This document shows, piece after piece, positions 48,223 through 58,744 of a DNA stretch of 64,000 nt. Position numbers and translations under genes: made by a program. How positions within the stretch are numbered: the stretch's first letter is position 1; every line of letters starts with the position of its first letter. The notes beneath the pieces were generated by a model. It searched no databases. It saw nothing but the letters and a program-made list of their open reading frames with translations, and was not told the origin of the DNA. This DNA comes from a virus. The stretch is taken from positions 216,236-280,235 of IMG/VR virus record IMGVR_UViG_3300028029_000006; one strand, 5' to 3'.

Positions 48223-50440
48223 GATTTGTTTATTTATTATGATTGATTTAATTAAAAAGATTGCTAAAGACCATGATTGCATAGTTCGTTTTGAAAACGG
48301 CAAATTAACTGATTACTCTAGAAAAGAATTTGTATCTAAGATAAATTGGTTGAATGTAGCTTGTAATAAAGAAATATTAACTGAAGAGTTCATTAAAGAA
48401 TTTCAAAACAAAATAAGTTGGTGGGCAGTATCCTCTTATCAAGTCTTATCAGAAGATTTTATTAGAGAATTTCAAGATAAAGTAGATTGGGATATCATAT
48501 CTTTTTCTCAAGACTTATCAGAATCCTTTATTGTAGAATTTAAATATGAATTAGATTGGGAATGTATATCTCAATTTCAAAAACTATCTGAAGATTTCAT
48601 TATAAATTTTGCCAACAAAATATATTGGAAAAAGTTAGGTGAAAATTATAATATCTCTGAAGAATGTAAAAGAAAATTCAAAAAAGCTATCAGACTTGCT
48701 ATCAATCAGGAGAAGCGCATGAAAAATTCTTTAATAGAAGAAATAGTTACCATTGCTAATGAGATAAATGTGGGTATATTTTTCGATTCTAATAATAAAA
48801 TTGAAAGTGATTCATTGAGTACATTTATCAATCATTTAGATTGGCAAAAAACGTGTGAAGAAAAAGTTTTATCTGAAGATTTTATTAGAGAATTTCAAAA
48901 TGAATTAGATTGGGATGCCGTATCTTCTTCTCAAAAATTATCTGAAAGTTTCTTTGAAGAATTCAAAGATAAAATGAATTGGGAGTATATATCTAGATCC
49001 CAGAAATTATCAGAAGGATTTATAAAAAAATTTAAAGATAAGCTAAATTGGACTATAATTAATAGCAACCAAATATTATCTGAGAATTTCATAAGAGAGT
49101 TTCAGGATGAAGTTAATTGGTCCACTATATCTAGTTATCAAAAACTATCAGAAGAATTCATTAAAGAATTTAAAAATAAAGTAAATTGGGTTAATATATC
49201 TTTTAAACAAAAATTATCTGAGGATTTTATGAGAGAATTTCAAGATGAAATTGATTTTACTATGCTACATAGTATAATTTCAGATGATTTTCATCAAGAA
49301 ATGACTAATAAAATTAGTCAAGTTGATAGCAAACCTGAAGGTAAATCTATGGATGAAGAAATGATATTATCAAATAATATAGAAGCAGTTCGTAAAAAAT
49401 ATGGGCCTGAAGTTTTGCTTTTAATAAAAGAATCAATTGAAGATTTACCAGAGTGTGATACTTCAGCAGAATACAAAGAAGAATATCTGTTAATTTATGA
49501 TACAATTGATACTTTAGCAAAAAAATCTACGATCTCATATAAAGAATCAAAAGAAGTTTTTAGTTTATTAAATAAACTAAATAATGATCCCAATTCAAAT
49601 TGGATGGTAACACTTCAAGATTTTGAAGATTGGGAAAATTCAAAATCTAAACCAACTGTAGAGGATTCTTCACAAGGAGCTGAAGAAGAAGAAGAATTAG
49701 TAGGACCAGTTGTAAAAGAGAGCCGTGTTAAATACGGCGAATTTATTTTTAAAAAACCAATAATCTTAAAGGAACTTAAGCAGCATTCTGATTCCTTACA
49801 GACTGAAAAAGAAGTTGAAGCTGAAGCTGAACCAGTTGCAGAAAAGAATTTCGATACTAGAAACATTAAAGGTTGGGTGGATATGACTAAGCCATTTTGT
49901 AATCCTGAATGGCTTAATACCACAAAACCAATGACAAATAATGAACACAAAATACACTTAGCGAAAAAATCTGGAAACATAATTAAAGACTGCGTCAAAC
50001 ATGGAGTAGCAATTGGAGCTGCTACAGAAGGCGCTAACTATGTTTTCAAGTTACTTTCAAAACAATTGAACCTCTCAGAAGAAGCTCTTAACAACCCAGT
50101 TAAACGAGAACTACTTATGGGACTAACAGTTGCCGCACTTCATATGGGATCAACAATCTTTAAAGATAAAATTCCCAATATGGATAAGGTACAAACCGGT
50201 TGTGAATTAGTTATCCAAGGTAAAAGCAAAGATAACTTCTCCGCAATGGTTCAACATTTAGTCCCTGTTCTTACAAACGCGGTTCAAATGATGGATCCCA
50301 AGTCTGCCTTTGAGAAAATGTTTAAAGAGCAAGAGAAATTAAGAATTGCAAATCTTAAAGATATGCAACTAACTAATGAAGCAGAAGAGATTGAAGTTTA
50401 TGATGAATACAATAATCGTCTTTTAGAAAGAAACGCATAA
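48221..50440 (+). CDS. Trp-repeat protein fused to the conserved C-terminal module
   Basis: Two repeat blocks, an acidic linker, then VKHGVAIGAATEGAN...GCELVIQGKSKDNF. True start probably 48239. Confidence 0.92.
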   Translation: MICLFIMIDLIKKIAKDHDCIVRFENGKLTDYSRKEFVSKINWLNVACNKEILTEEFIKEFQNKISWWAVSSYQVLSEDFIREFQDKVDWDIISFSQDLSESFIVEFKYELDWECISQFQKLSEDFIINFANKIYWKKLGENYNISEECKRKFKKAIRLAINQEKRMKNSLIEEIVTIANEINVGIFFDSNNKIESDSLSTFINHLDWQKTCEEKVLSEDFIREFQNELDWDAVSSSQKLSESFFEEFKDKMNWEYISRSQKLSEGFIKKFKDKLNWTIINSNQILSENFIREFQDEVNWSTISSYQKLSEEFIKEFKNKVNWVNISFKQKLSEDFMREFQDEIDFTMLHSIISDDFHQEMTNKISQVDSKPEGKSMDEEMILSNNIEAVRKKYGPEVLLLIKESIEDLPECDTSAEYKEEYLLIYDTIDTLAKKSTISYKESKEVFSLLNKLNNDPNSNWMVTLQDFEDWENSKSKPTVEDSSQGAEEEEELVGPVVKESRVKYGEFIFKKPIILKELKQHSDSLQTEKEVEAEAEPVAEKNFDTRNIKGWVDMTKPFCNPEWLNTTKPMTNNEHKIHLAKKSGNIIKDCVKHGVAIGAATEGANYVFKLLSKQLNLSEEALNNPVKRELLMGLTVAALHMGSTIFKDKIPNMDKVQTGCELVIQGKSKDNFSAMVQHLVPVLTNAVQMMDPKSAFEKMFKEQEKLRIANLKDMQLTNEAEEIEVYDEYNNRLLERNA

Positions 50441-50484
50441 CAAAATAAATTAATTATTAGCAAGAGAAATTCTTTTGTTAATAT

Positions 50485-50560
50485 GCCCTGGTAGCTCAGT
50501 GGATAGAGCATAACTTTCCTAAAGTTACGGTCGGAAGTTCGAATCTTCCCCAGGGCGCCA
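50485..50560 (+). tRNA. tRNA-Arg(CCU)
   Basis: GCCCTGG/CCAGGGC acceptor; TAACT-TTCCTAA-AGTTA; encoded CCA. Confidence 0.93.
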
Positions 50561-51280
50561 ATGAATTATGAAACAAGCGTAGATTTTTGGGGAACCAAAA
50601 GATGGAAATTAAATAAAAAGCTTCATAGAATTGAAGGCGCGGCTGTTATTTTCGTTAATGGAAATAAATATTGGTATAAAAATGGGAAGCCTCATAGAGA
50701 TAATGGCCCAGCAGTAGTAACTAATTTCACTAAAGAGTGGTGGGTAAACGGAAAACTTCATAGAGATGATGGTTTGCCAGCTATAGATCATTCAGACGGA
50801 AGACAACATTGGTATGAAAATGGTCTACCTCATAGACTTGATGGACCATCAATGATTGGTGTTGATGGATATAAATGTTGGAATGTAAAAGGTATTATAC
50901 ATAAAGTTGATGGGCCAGCTATAATTCACTCTGATGGTAGAGAGTCTTGGTTTGTTAATGGAAGACTACATAGAGTAGGTGGACCAGCAGCAACTTATCC
51001 AGATGGAACTCAAAAATGGTTTGTGAATGATATCCTTCATAGAAAAAACAACCCAGCAATTGAATACCAATCAGGTAGAGAAGATTATTATAAGAACGGA
51101 AAACTTCATAGAAAAAACAAACCAGCTATTATATTTCCTGATGGAAGTGAAGAATGGTTTTTGAATGGAGAGCGTCACTGTTTAACTGGACCAGCAATTG
51201 ATTGGATTAATGGTGATAAGGCATGGTTTATAAATGGCAAAGAGTTAACTGAAAAAGAATTTAAGGAGATTAATATATGA
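50561..51280 (+). CDS. Long beta-hairpin repeat protein
   Basis: About nine repeats; the ATG directly abuts the tRNA CCA. Confidence 0.9.
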   Translation: MNYETSVDFWGTKRWKLNKKLHRIEGAAVIFVNGNKYWYKNGKPHRDNGPAVVTNFTKEWWVNGKLHRDDGLPAIDHSDGRQHWYENGLPHRLDGPSMIGVDGYKCWNVKGIIHKVDGPAIIHSDGRESWFVNGRLHRVGGPAATYPDGTQKWFVNDILHRKNNPAIEYQSGREDYYKNGKLHRKNKPAIIFPDGSEEWFLNGERHCLTGPAIDWINGDKAWFINGKELTEKEFKEINI

Positions 51281-51543
51281 AACATCTAATTTTATTACTG
51301 GCATTAAGTGGCTGTGCAATTACAGGTGCACACAAAGAAGAAGCAGAAAAGCAAGCTCACTTATGGGCAAATAAAATGGAACTAAAAGATCCTAAAATTC
51401 ATTGCGTTAGCGATGATTCTGATGGTGATGGTTATGTTAGTTGCACCATCTTAAGTCAAGATAAAATTCATAGTATTGAATGTACTGGGGCATTTACACT
51501 TAATGATGGTTGTCGCGCTCCTAAACTTAGACTAAGGAATTAG
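51277..51543 (+). CDS. Small lipoprotein
   Basis: LALSG-C lipobox; DSDGDGYVSC motif. Confidence 0.78.
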   Translation: MKHLILLLALSGCAITGAHKEEAEKQAHLWANKMELKDPKIHCVSDDSDGDGYVSCTILSQDKIHSIECTGAFTLNDGCRAPKLRLRN

Positions 51544-51934
51544 TATTAATGATTAATGTTTGTCATGCATTAGATATATTTTCAAATAATGATAAGATGG
51601 ATTTTGGCATTGGTTTAATGGTTAAGGTAATAACTACAAACGATTACTCAAGATACTTTGTTACTTGGCCAAAGTCTACTAATAAAATTATTGGTGGTTG
51701 GTACAGTTCAGATAATATTATAATTTTAGGATAAAAAATGAAAATGGTTTTTAATAAAGAAGAAGTTGAATCAACTTTAAGAGCACACGTTGAAAATTTA
51801 GGGGTAGATATTGATAACATTAGTGAGGTTAGTTTTGGATTAAGCGATTACGAAACTAACCTCATATCAGCGTCAGTTCAAATAAAAACAGATGATAATA
51901 GTGGTCATCCATATAGGTAAAGAAAGAAAAATTC

Positions 51935-53014
51935 ATAAGTCATTCTACAGTATTAGTCTGCGTTTCCTCTAAACAATTATCAGAATCTGGTAATATTAAT
52001 AAGGCTATCTCTGATATGTTAGCTCCATATTAAGAAAATAATATGGGAGATTGCCCTTCTAAGTATATGGAGTTTAATGATGAAGAAGATAGTTATTTAA
52101 AACAATATGAGAATGAGACAACAAAAATGATTAGAACTCCAGAAGGAGAACTTTTTTATACTTGGGATGATAAGTTTCAAATCAAACGAACTTATGGCCT
52201 TAGTTTAGGATCTGATAATCGTGCAATTCCAGATGATTGCGTTGAAGTGGACATATCTCATAAAGAACGTTATGAGTCATTTGAAGAGTTTATGAGTGAT
52301 TGGATTGGTTATGAAGAGCGAGATCCAAAAACAAATAAGTATGGCCACTGGGCTAATCCTAACTCTAAATGGGATTGGAACACAATTGGTGGGCGTTGGA
52401 GTGGGCAGCTTCTACTTGTTAAGGCAGGAACTGATCTTTATTGCAAAACTGGGACAGGGAGATTCGGTCAACCTGAAAAAGCTAAACCAAACACTACCGA
52501 TATTTGTTTAATTTCAGAATTAGATATGCCCAGAATCAAAGAGGAAACCGATAAAGGAGCTTCTGTATTTTGGAATAAGTATGTTTATCTGCGTAAACAT
52601 GGAGAAGATGAAGTTAAAGATGTATGGGGCGAATCACGATCAACTGCTATGTCTTTAGGATTATGTAAAATCATTTTTAATGATCCTAAAAAGGCTAAAA
52701 ACTTAGGTGGTTTTAGATGGGGAGATAAGACAAATTTTGTATTTGGCGATAAGAGGGCTCATAATTATGATGTTTATAATCTAGATATTACTCGTGAAGA
52801 GTTTATGTATAATTGTGCTGAACATTTTAATCCGATTGTTACTTTCGCTGTATTAGACGAAAGCGGCTGGCATGAAGCAGGAGAAATGGGTTGGTTTGGT
52901 TGCGACTTATCAGATCCAAATGATAAGAAAGAATTTACCAAAACCTTTACCAAGAAATTTATCTTGGACAAAGATCATGATACAACTTTGGTAGTTGTTG
53001 ATTGTCATATTTAA
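51935..53014 (+). pseudogene. Hypothetical phage gene with ATA start and in-frame TAA at 52031 (ORF 52043..53014 remains open)
   Basis: AAGAAAG RBS then (ATA)SHSTVLV...LAPY*ENNMGDCP in one frame. Confidence 0.65.
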
Positions 53015-53023
53015 AAGATTATT

Positions 53024-53344
53024 ATGATTGAATATACAGTAAAAGTTTGGGATGAGATAACGAAATGGTATTTAGATGGGAAAATTCATAGAGGTAATAA
53101 TTTACCAGCTATTGAGTATATAAGTTCCGCAAATGGGTATAAAGCTTGGTATGTTAATGGTTTACGCCATAGAGAAAATGGTCCAGCAATTGAATATGCA
53201 GATGGGTCTAAAGGATGGTATCTTAAAGGTTTATACTATACTGAAGAAGAATTTAATGAAAAAATGAATCCTAAACAAGATTCCTGCGATGGTAAGATGG
53301 TTGAAGTTGATGGTAAGAAATATAAATTAGTTGAAATATATTAA
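53024..53344 (+). CDS. Beta-hairpin repeat protein
   Basis: Repeats plus the shared tail. Confidence 0.88.
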   Translation: MIEYTVKVWDEITKWYLDGKIHRGNNLPAIEYISSANGYKAWYVNGLRHRENGPAIEYADGSKGWYLKGLYYTEEEFNEKMNPKQDSCDGKMVEVDGKKYKLVEIY

Positions 53345-53349
53345 ATATT

Positions 53350-53661
53350 ATGATTGAATATACAGTAAAAGTTTTCGATAAAAAAACAGAGTGGTGGTTA
53401 AACGAAAAACTTCATAGAGAAAATGATTTGCCTGCTGTTGAACAAATAAATGGAACTAAAATTTGGTATATAAATGGTTTACATCATAGAGTAAATGGTC
53501 CAGCAGTTGAATCTGCAGATGGAGATAAATACTGGTGGCTTGAAGGTGTAAGGTATTCTGAAGAAGAATATAATCAAAGAATAAATCCCAAACAAGAAAT
53601 TTATAAAAATCAATCAATTATAATTGATGGTAAGAAATATAAACTTATTGAAGCAGAATAG
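53350..53661 (+). CDS. Beta-hairpin repeat protein
   Basis: Shares exact patches with 6502 and 24278. Confidence 0.88.
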   Translation: MIEYTVKVFDKKTEWWLNEKLHRENDLPAVEQINGTKIWYINGLHHRVNGPAVESADGDKYWWLEGVRYSEEEYNQRINPKQEIYKNQSIIIDGKKYKLIEAE

Positions 53662-53708
53662 AGTAATGAAACTATTAACAACCAATAACGCATTAAGAAA
53701 AAAAATAA

Positions 53709-54179
53709 ATGAAGAACTTAAACAAAGTAATTTCCATATTAAAAAAATATAACTTTAAGCATGAGCCAAAAGTTAATGGTTTTAGTCAAGATGAGAATGT
53801 AGATCCGGCAGTATCATCTAAAGATATTGCAAAATTAAAAGAGCTTAACTATTTCTATGCAAACTTCGGAGAAATTAATTGGGAGTGTGATGGTTTGTCA
53901 GGCTTTGTTTGGAGAGATCCTGATGATCATATGAATGATAAAGATTGTTATAGATTGAATTTAGACATCCGTACATATATGAAACAAAATAGTAATCGTT
54001 TTATTGAAACTCTTGATAAAGATAGATTATTTCATATAGAGGTTTCTCAACCTGGAATTGATGCTGCTTGTCATGTTGATGGGCATGATTATTATCATAC
54101 AATGCTTGTACAAGCTGTCAGTGATTATATCTTTATGCATGTAGAGGATATCCCCACAAGCACATTTAAAAAAAGATGA
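53709..54179 (+). CDS. Hypothetical protein
   Basis: N-terminus resembles 21666..21917; 100 bp of it is duplicated at 55194. Confidence 0.8.
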   Translation: MKNLNKVISILKKYNFKHEPKVNGFSQDENVDPAVSSKDIAKLKELNYFYANFGEINWECDGLSGFVWRDPDDHMNDKDCYRLNLDIRTYMKQNSNRFIETLDKDRLFHIEVSQPGIDAACHVDGHDYYHTMLVQAVSDYIFMHVEDIPTSTFKKR

Positions 54180-54892
54180 ATAAACTAATCAAAGAGATAG
54201 TTTCTGAATATAATTGTTTAAAACTTAAGTTTACTAAAAAAGGTAAATTAAAAAAGAAATCACGAAAAGAATTTATAAACAAAGTACATTGGGGTTATAC
54301 TTCTAGAGATTATACATTATCCGAAGATTTTATAAGAGAATTTCAAAATGAAGTTATCTGGTATTATATATCAAAAGACCAAATTTTATCCGAACCTTTC
54401 ATTAAAGAATTTAAAGATAAAGTACATTGGTGGTTAATACCTGCTGATCAAGTCTTAACTCAAGATTTTATTAGAGAGTTTTGGAATAAAACAGATTGGA
54501 AATGGATATCATCAAACCAAATTTTATCAGAAGATTTTATTGAAGAATTTAAAGATGAAGTATGGTGGCAGAGAATATCTCAATATCAGATATTATCTGA
54601 AAATTTCATTAGAAAATTTAAAACTGAAGTGATATGGAATTATATATCTCAATATCAAACCTTATCAGAAGGTTTCATTAGAGAATTTAAACATAAGGTA
54701 GCATGGAGTTTTATATCTCGTTATCAAAAATTATCAGTAGAGTTTATTAGAGAGTTTCAAAAAGAATTATATTTAGATTTAATTCTCATTTATCAAGACT
54801 TGTCTATTGAACATATTGAAGAACTTCAAATTAAGTCAAAGGAATTACATGAAATTAATTATCGCAACAAACGAAGGCGAAATAGTTGGTGA
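54176..54892 (+). CDS. Trp-repeat protein
   Basis: About seven 22-aa repeats. Confidence 0.9.
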   Translation: MNKLIKEIVSEYNCLKLKFTKKGKLKKKSRKEFINKVHWGYTSRDYTLSEDFIREFQNEVIWYYISKDQILSEPFIKEFKDKVHWWLIPADQVLTQDFIREFWNKTDWKWISSNQILSEDFIEEFKDEVWWQRISQYQILSENFIRKFKTEVIWNYISQYQTLSEGFIREFKHKVAWSFISRYQKLSVEFIREFQKELYLDLILIYQDLSIEHIEELQIKSKELHEINYRNKRRRNSW

Positions 54893-55193
54893 AATTCAAG
54901 ACATAGAAATTTATAAAGCCACTATGAATAACACAACCAACCCTTTAGTTTTAAAAATTAAAGAAATTATTATTAGAAAAAGAGAAACGGTATCATTAAT
55001 GCCTAAGGTAACTATCAATGAATGAAGAAAAAGATAAGATTAGAAGTAGAAGAAATCGCAAACGTAAAGATAAGTATCGTTCTGATAAAAAGAAGAACAT
55101 CTCAGATGAGATCTATTACAATCATTTAGATGCAGAAGTAGATGATGAACTTCCTCCTTCAAGACCAGAATGGGATTATGATGAAGAAGGATA

Positions 55194-55293
55194 CGGCAGT
55201 ATCCTCTAAAAATATTGCAAAATTAAAAAAGCTTAACTATTTCTATGCAGACTTCGGAGAAATTAATTGGGAGTGTGATGGCTTGTCAGGCTT
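55194..55293 (+). repeat. 100-bp near-identical copy of 53806..53905
   Basis: Direct comparison shows only a few substitutions; the copy ends where the TnpB element begins. Confidence 0.85.
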
Positions 55294-56566
55294 GTGAGAA
55301 AACTGAAGCTAAAATTCTAAAATTAGTTTAACTTGTTATATGATATTATGTGAAGGTAATTCATAAAGCATATAAACTTCGGCTTAAACCAACCAAAGAA
55401 CAAAAAGTTTTGCTTAATAAACATTTTGGTTGTGCTAGATTTGTTTATAATCATTTTCTTAATGAAAGAATTAATCAATATAAAGAAACTAAAAAATCAG
55501 ATAATTATTTTAAATAAGCTAAATCTTTAACAGTTTTAAAAAAACAAGAAGAGACTAAGTGGTTAAAAGAAATAAATTCTCAAACACTTCAGGCTTCTTT
55601 AAAAAATTAAGACTCTGCTTATAAAAGGTTCTTTAGGAAAAATTCAAAGTTTCCTAAATTTAAATCAAAGTTTAATAAAAATAGTTTCCATGTTCCTCAA
55701 AATGTTAAAATTATTAATAATAAACTTTATATACGTAAGTTTAAAGAAGGAATTAAAATTAATCTTAATAGAAAAATAGAAGGAACTATTAGAAACGCTA
55801 CTATATCTAAATCTCCTACTGGAAAATACTTTGTCTCAATTTTAACAGAACAAGAATATATTCCTTTTAAAAAAACAGGAAAGAAAGTAGGAATAGATTT
55901 AGGTATAAAAAATCTTGTTATAACATCAGATTATTTCAAGTACAACAACAATAGATTTACTAAAAAATATGAGATAAGGTTAGCTAATCAACAAAAACAT
56001 CTTTCAAGAAAAGAAAAAGGTAGTAATTCGTTCGAAAACCAAAAACGAAAAGTTACCTTAGTTCATGAAAAAATTGTTAATGCTAGAAAAGATAATCTTC
56101 ATAAAATAAGTTTAGATATTGTTAAAAACTATGATATTATATATTTAGAAAATCTAAATATAAATGGAATGGTTAAAAATAGGAAATTATCAAAACACAT
56201 TTCAGATGCTGCTTGGGGAACTTTAGTTAGTTTCATTGAGTATAAATCAGAATGGAACGATAAAGAAGTAATCAAAATAGGTCGTTTCTTTCCAAGTTCT
56301 AAGAAATGTAATAAGTGTGGTTTGATAAAAAAAGATTTAAAACTTTCAGAAAGAGAATGGAAATGTTTAGGTTGTAAAACTTTATTAGATAGAGATTACA
56401 ATGCAAGTATTAATATTCTCAAAGAAGGTTTAAGGATACAATCGGCAGGGACTGTCGATTACACTGGTGGAGAGAAAAATAAGACTTCGAAGACAGTTGT
56501 TGTTAAGAAGCGTATCTCAGTGAAGCCAGAAGTTGAAAGCAACATTGTTGCAAGTAGATAGTTCAT
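55294..56566 (+). mobile_element. Non-autonomous TnpB-only IS200/IS605-type element; ends approximate
   Basis: tnpB without tnpA; structured 3' region ending TAGTTCAT, consistent with an omegaRNA/right end. Confidence 0.65.
55350..56561 (+). pseudogene. tnpB: IS200/IS605-family TnpB with two nonsense codons
   Basis: GTG start, KAYKLRLKPTKEQ...FGCARFVYN, VGIDLG, IIYLENL, CxxC..CxxC, DRDYNASINI; TAA at 55515 and 55608. Confidence 0.9.
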
Positions 56567-56883
56567 AAAATAACTTTGGTCATAGTTTGGTCATTGTTAT
56601 TTTTAATTATATTATTAATTAAAAGATTTTATTTGGAGTAATTTTATGGAAAATATTTATGATTATAATTGGGAAGACCATTACACCTGCTCCTCTAAAG
56701 AAGATGCTTTATTTTTAGTTGCAGCTAGGGCACAAGAAATTCTTAATTTAGATGATTATGATAAGAAAGAGCTGGAAGATTTTGCTGGGAATTGGGACAT
56801 TCCTTTATGTTTAGATTTAACTGTGATTATGGCTTCTGCAAAATTTCAAGAAAAGTGGTCATCTTCTGGAATGTTATGTTAAC

Positions 56884-57804
56884 ATGATTGTTTTAATTGG
56901 AAGTAGAGCCGCACAGTTTCATCACCCAGAGCATTGGAAACAATGCAATGATTATGATTTGATTGCAACGCTTGATGATTTTACAAATTGGTTTGATCAA
57001 CATAAGGACAACGTCAAATCTTGTTTCCCTTTCGATAAAGGTAAGAAGTTTTATGTTAAACTTAATGATGACTCCATCATGGAGTGGGAAATTGCTCATA
57101 AAGGATCAACTGGAGAGAACTTTCTAGTTTTATCAGCTGAGAGCTGGCAATTTTCGACCCTATATGGGACTAAGGTGGCAATCCCTAGTATGGATTGGTT
57201 GTTCACACTCAAAGCATCTCATAAGTATCTCAAAAATAGTCCTCACTTTGAAAAAACAATGCGTGATTATCACTTGATGAAGTATACTTTAGGTTGTAAA
57301 GTGACCGACAAGTCTTGGTTTAAAGATAGAGAGACGGTCACGTACACGTACGCACATCCAAAACTCAATCAATCAAAAGGCGATTTCTTTTCCAATGATG
57401 GATTGGAATATGTTTATGATCATGATAGTATCCACAAAGCAATTGCTAAGTTTGGTTTTAATGATCGCCCTGCTTACACATACTACATGATGGATGATGA
57501 AGATGTTATGTGTGATAAGAAGAAATGGGATGCCCTTCCAAATGAGATGAAGTTAAGAGGAGCGCTTGAAGAAGCGCTGGTGTTAGCTTTAGAACGATCT
57601 CAAATACCTTATCGAGATGAGATTGATCCTAAAGATAGTTTCAAGATCGCTTTGATGAAAACATGTAGTTCAATTACTTCTGGTTGGTTTAGAAGGTTTA
57701 GTTATTTGAATTACTATAAGATATTAGATATGTATACTGATGATTATGTTAACTGGTTTGATAAAGGTTTAGAAAATAATATTGTTAAACCTTTTAAAGA
57801 ATAA
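56884..57804 (+). CDS. Phage protein with N-terminal nucleotidyltransferase-like motif
   Basis: LIGSRA...NDYDLI; C-terminal YVYDHDSIH. Confidence 0.7.
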   Translation: MIVLIGSRAAQFHHPEHWKQCNDYDLIATLDDFTNWFDQHKDNVKSCFPFDKGKKFYVKLNDDSIMEWEIAHKGSTGENFLVLSAESWQFSTLYGTKVAIPSMDWLFTLKASHKYLKNSPHFEKTMRDYHLMKYTLGCKVTDKSWFKDRETVTYTYAHPKLNQSKGDFFSNDGLEYVYDHDSIHKAIAKFGFNDRPAYTYYMMDDEDVMCDKKKWDALPNEMKLRGALEEALVLALERSQIPYRDEIDPKDSFKIALMKTCSSITSGWFRRFSYLNYYKILDMYTDDYVNWFDKGLENNIVKPFKE

Positions 57805-58045
57805 AGAAAGAAAAATAAAAATGGAAAAAGTAACCTATGTTTGCGCAGTAACTCACCAAGAAGTTGCTGGAAGTCCTACTGAGCTACCAAGTGGATGGAT
57901 GATTCCTCCTCATGATGTATCTCGTGATGTATCCTTGACACCTCTTGATCCAGGTGTTATCTTATGTTTGTCATCCAAAGAAGTTTGGCAGCAACACCTT
58001 AACAAAAGACTTACCGATAAAAACTAATAAAGAAAGAAAATATAA

Positions 58046-58459
58046 ATGACTAGTAAAAGCAAAACCGTTACCCCACGTAATATTTACCTCCGTGATATTC
58101 ATAACTCTCCTGTAGGTTGCGTGTCTTATGCAGACTTACATGATGGTAATTTTGCGTATGGAGTTTCGTTTCTTAATCCTGTAGTCGACCAGGTCGATAA
58201 AAGAATGGCATTGCATATTGCAGATGGTAGGTTAGGTTTAGCCATTCATAATATAACGAATGCTTCTCGTAAACATTGTCAAGGAAGATTTGGAATTGTA
58301 TCTGTTAAAGGATCTAACTTTAATGAGAAGGTTGCTAATCTTATTTCGCAAATTAGAGAGCAATCATTGCATCGCAATGATGATGTTGCTAGTAGAATGC
58401 GAAGTGATCTTCGAGATTGTGAGCTTCGCTTACTTACCAAAAGATCAACTGCTGCTTAA
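58046..58459 (+). CDS. Hypothetical protein
   Basis: AAGAAAG RBS; 137 aa. Confidence 0.8.
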   Translation: MTSKSKTVTPRNIYLRDIHNSPVGCVSYADLHDGNFAYGVSFLNPVVDQVDKRMALHIADGRLGLAIHNITNASRKHCQGRFGIVSVKGSNFNEKVANLISQIREQSLHRNDDVASRMRSDLRDCELRLLTKRSTAA

Positions 58460-58744
58460 ATGACAACCACAATTAAAAATGTGGCAACTCTTAAAGGATG
58501 GATGGTTTTGGCAGGCCACCCATCCATTAAGACAAGAACTGTTTTGATTGGCAATGTTTATAATCATCCTTTATTTGAGGATGGTGAGTGTGTTAGGACA
58601 TCTAGAATTACAGATATACTAGGAACCTTTGTTATAACAAGGTCGGGTACTTTGTATTTACTAGAAGAACCTACACAAGGATATAAAATTTGGTTAAATC
58701 AATTCGGATATGAATATGATTTTAATAATCCAATCATAGAATAA
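58460..58744 (+). CDS. Hypothetical protein, paralog of 22880
   Basis: GNVYNHPLFEDGECVRTSRI...TRSGTLYLL. Confidence 0.8.
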   Translation: MTTTIKNVATLKGWMVLAGHPSIKTRTVLIGNVYNHPLFEDGECVRTSRITDILGTFVITRSGTLYLLEEPTQGYKIWLNQFGYEYDFNNPIIE

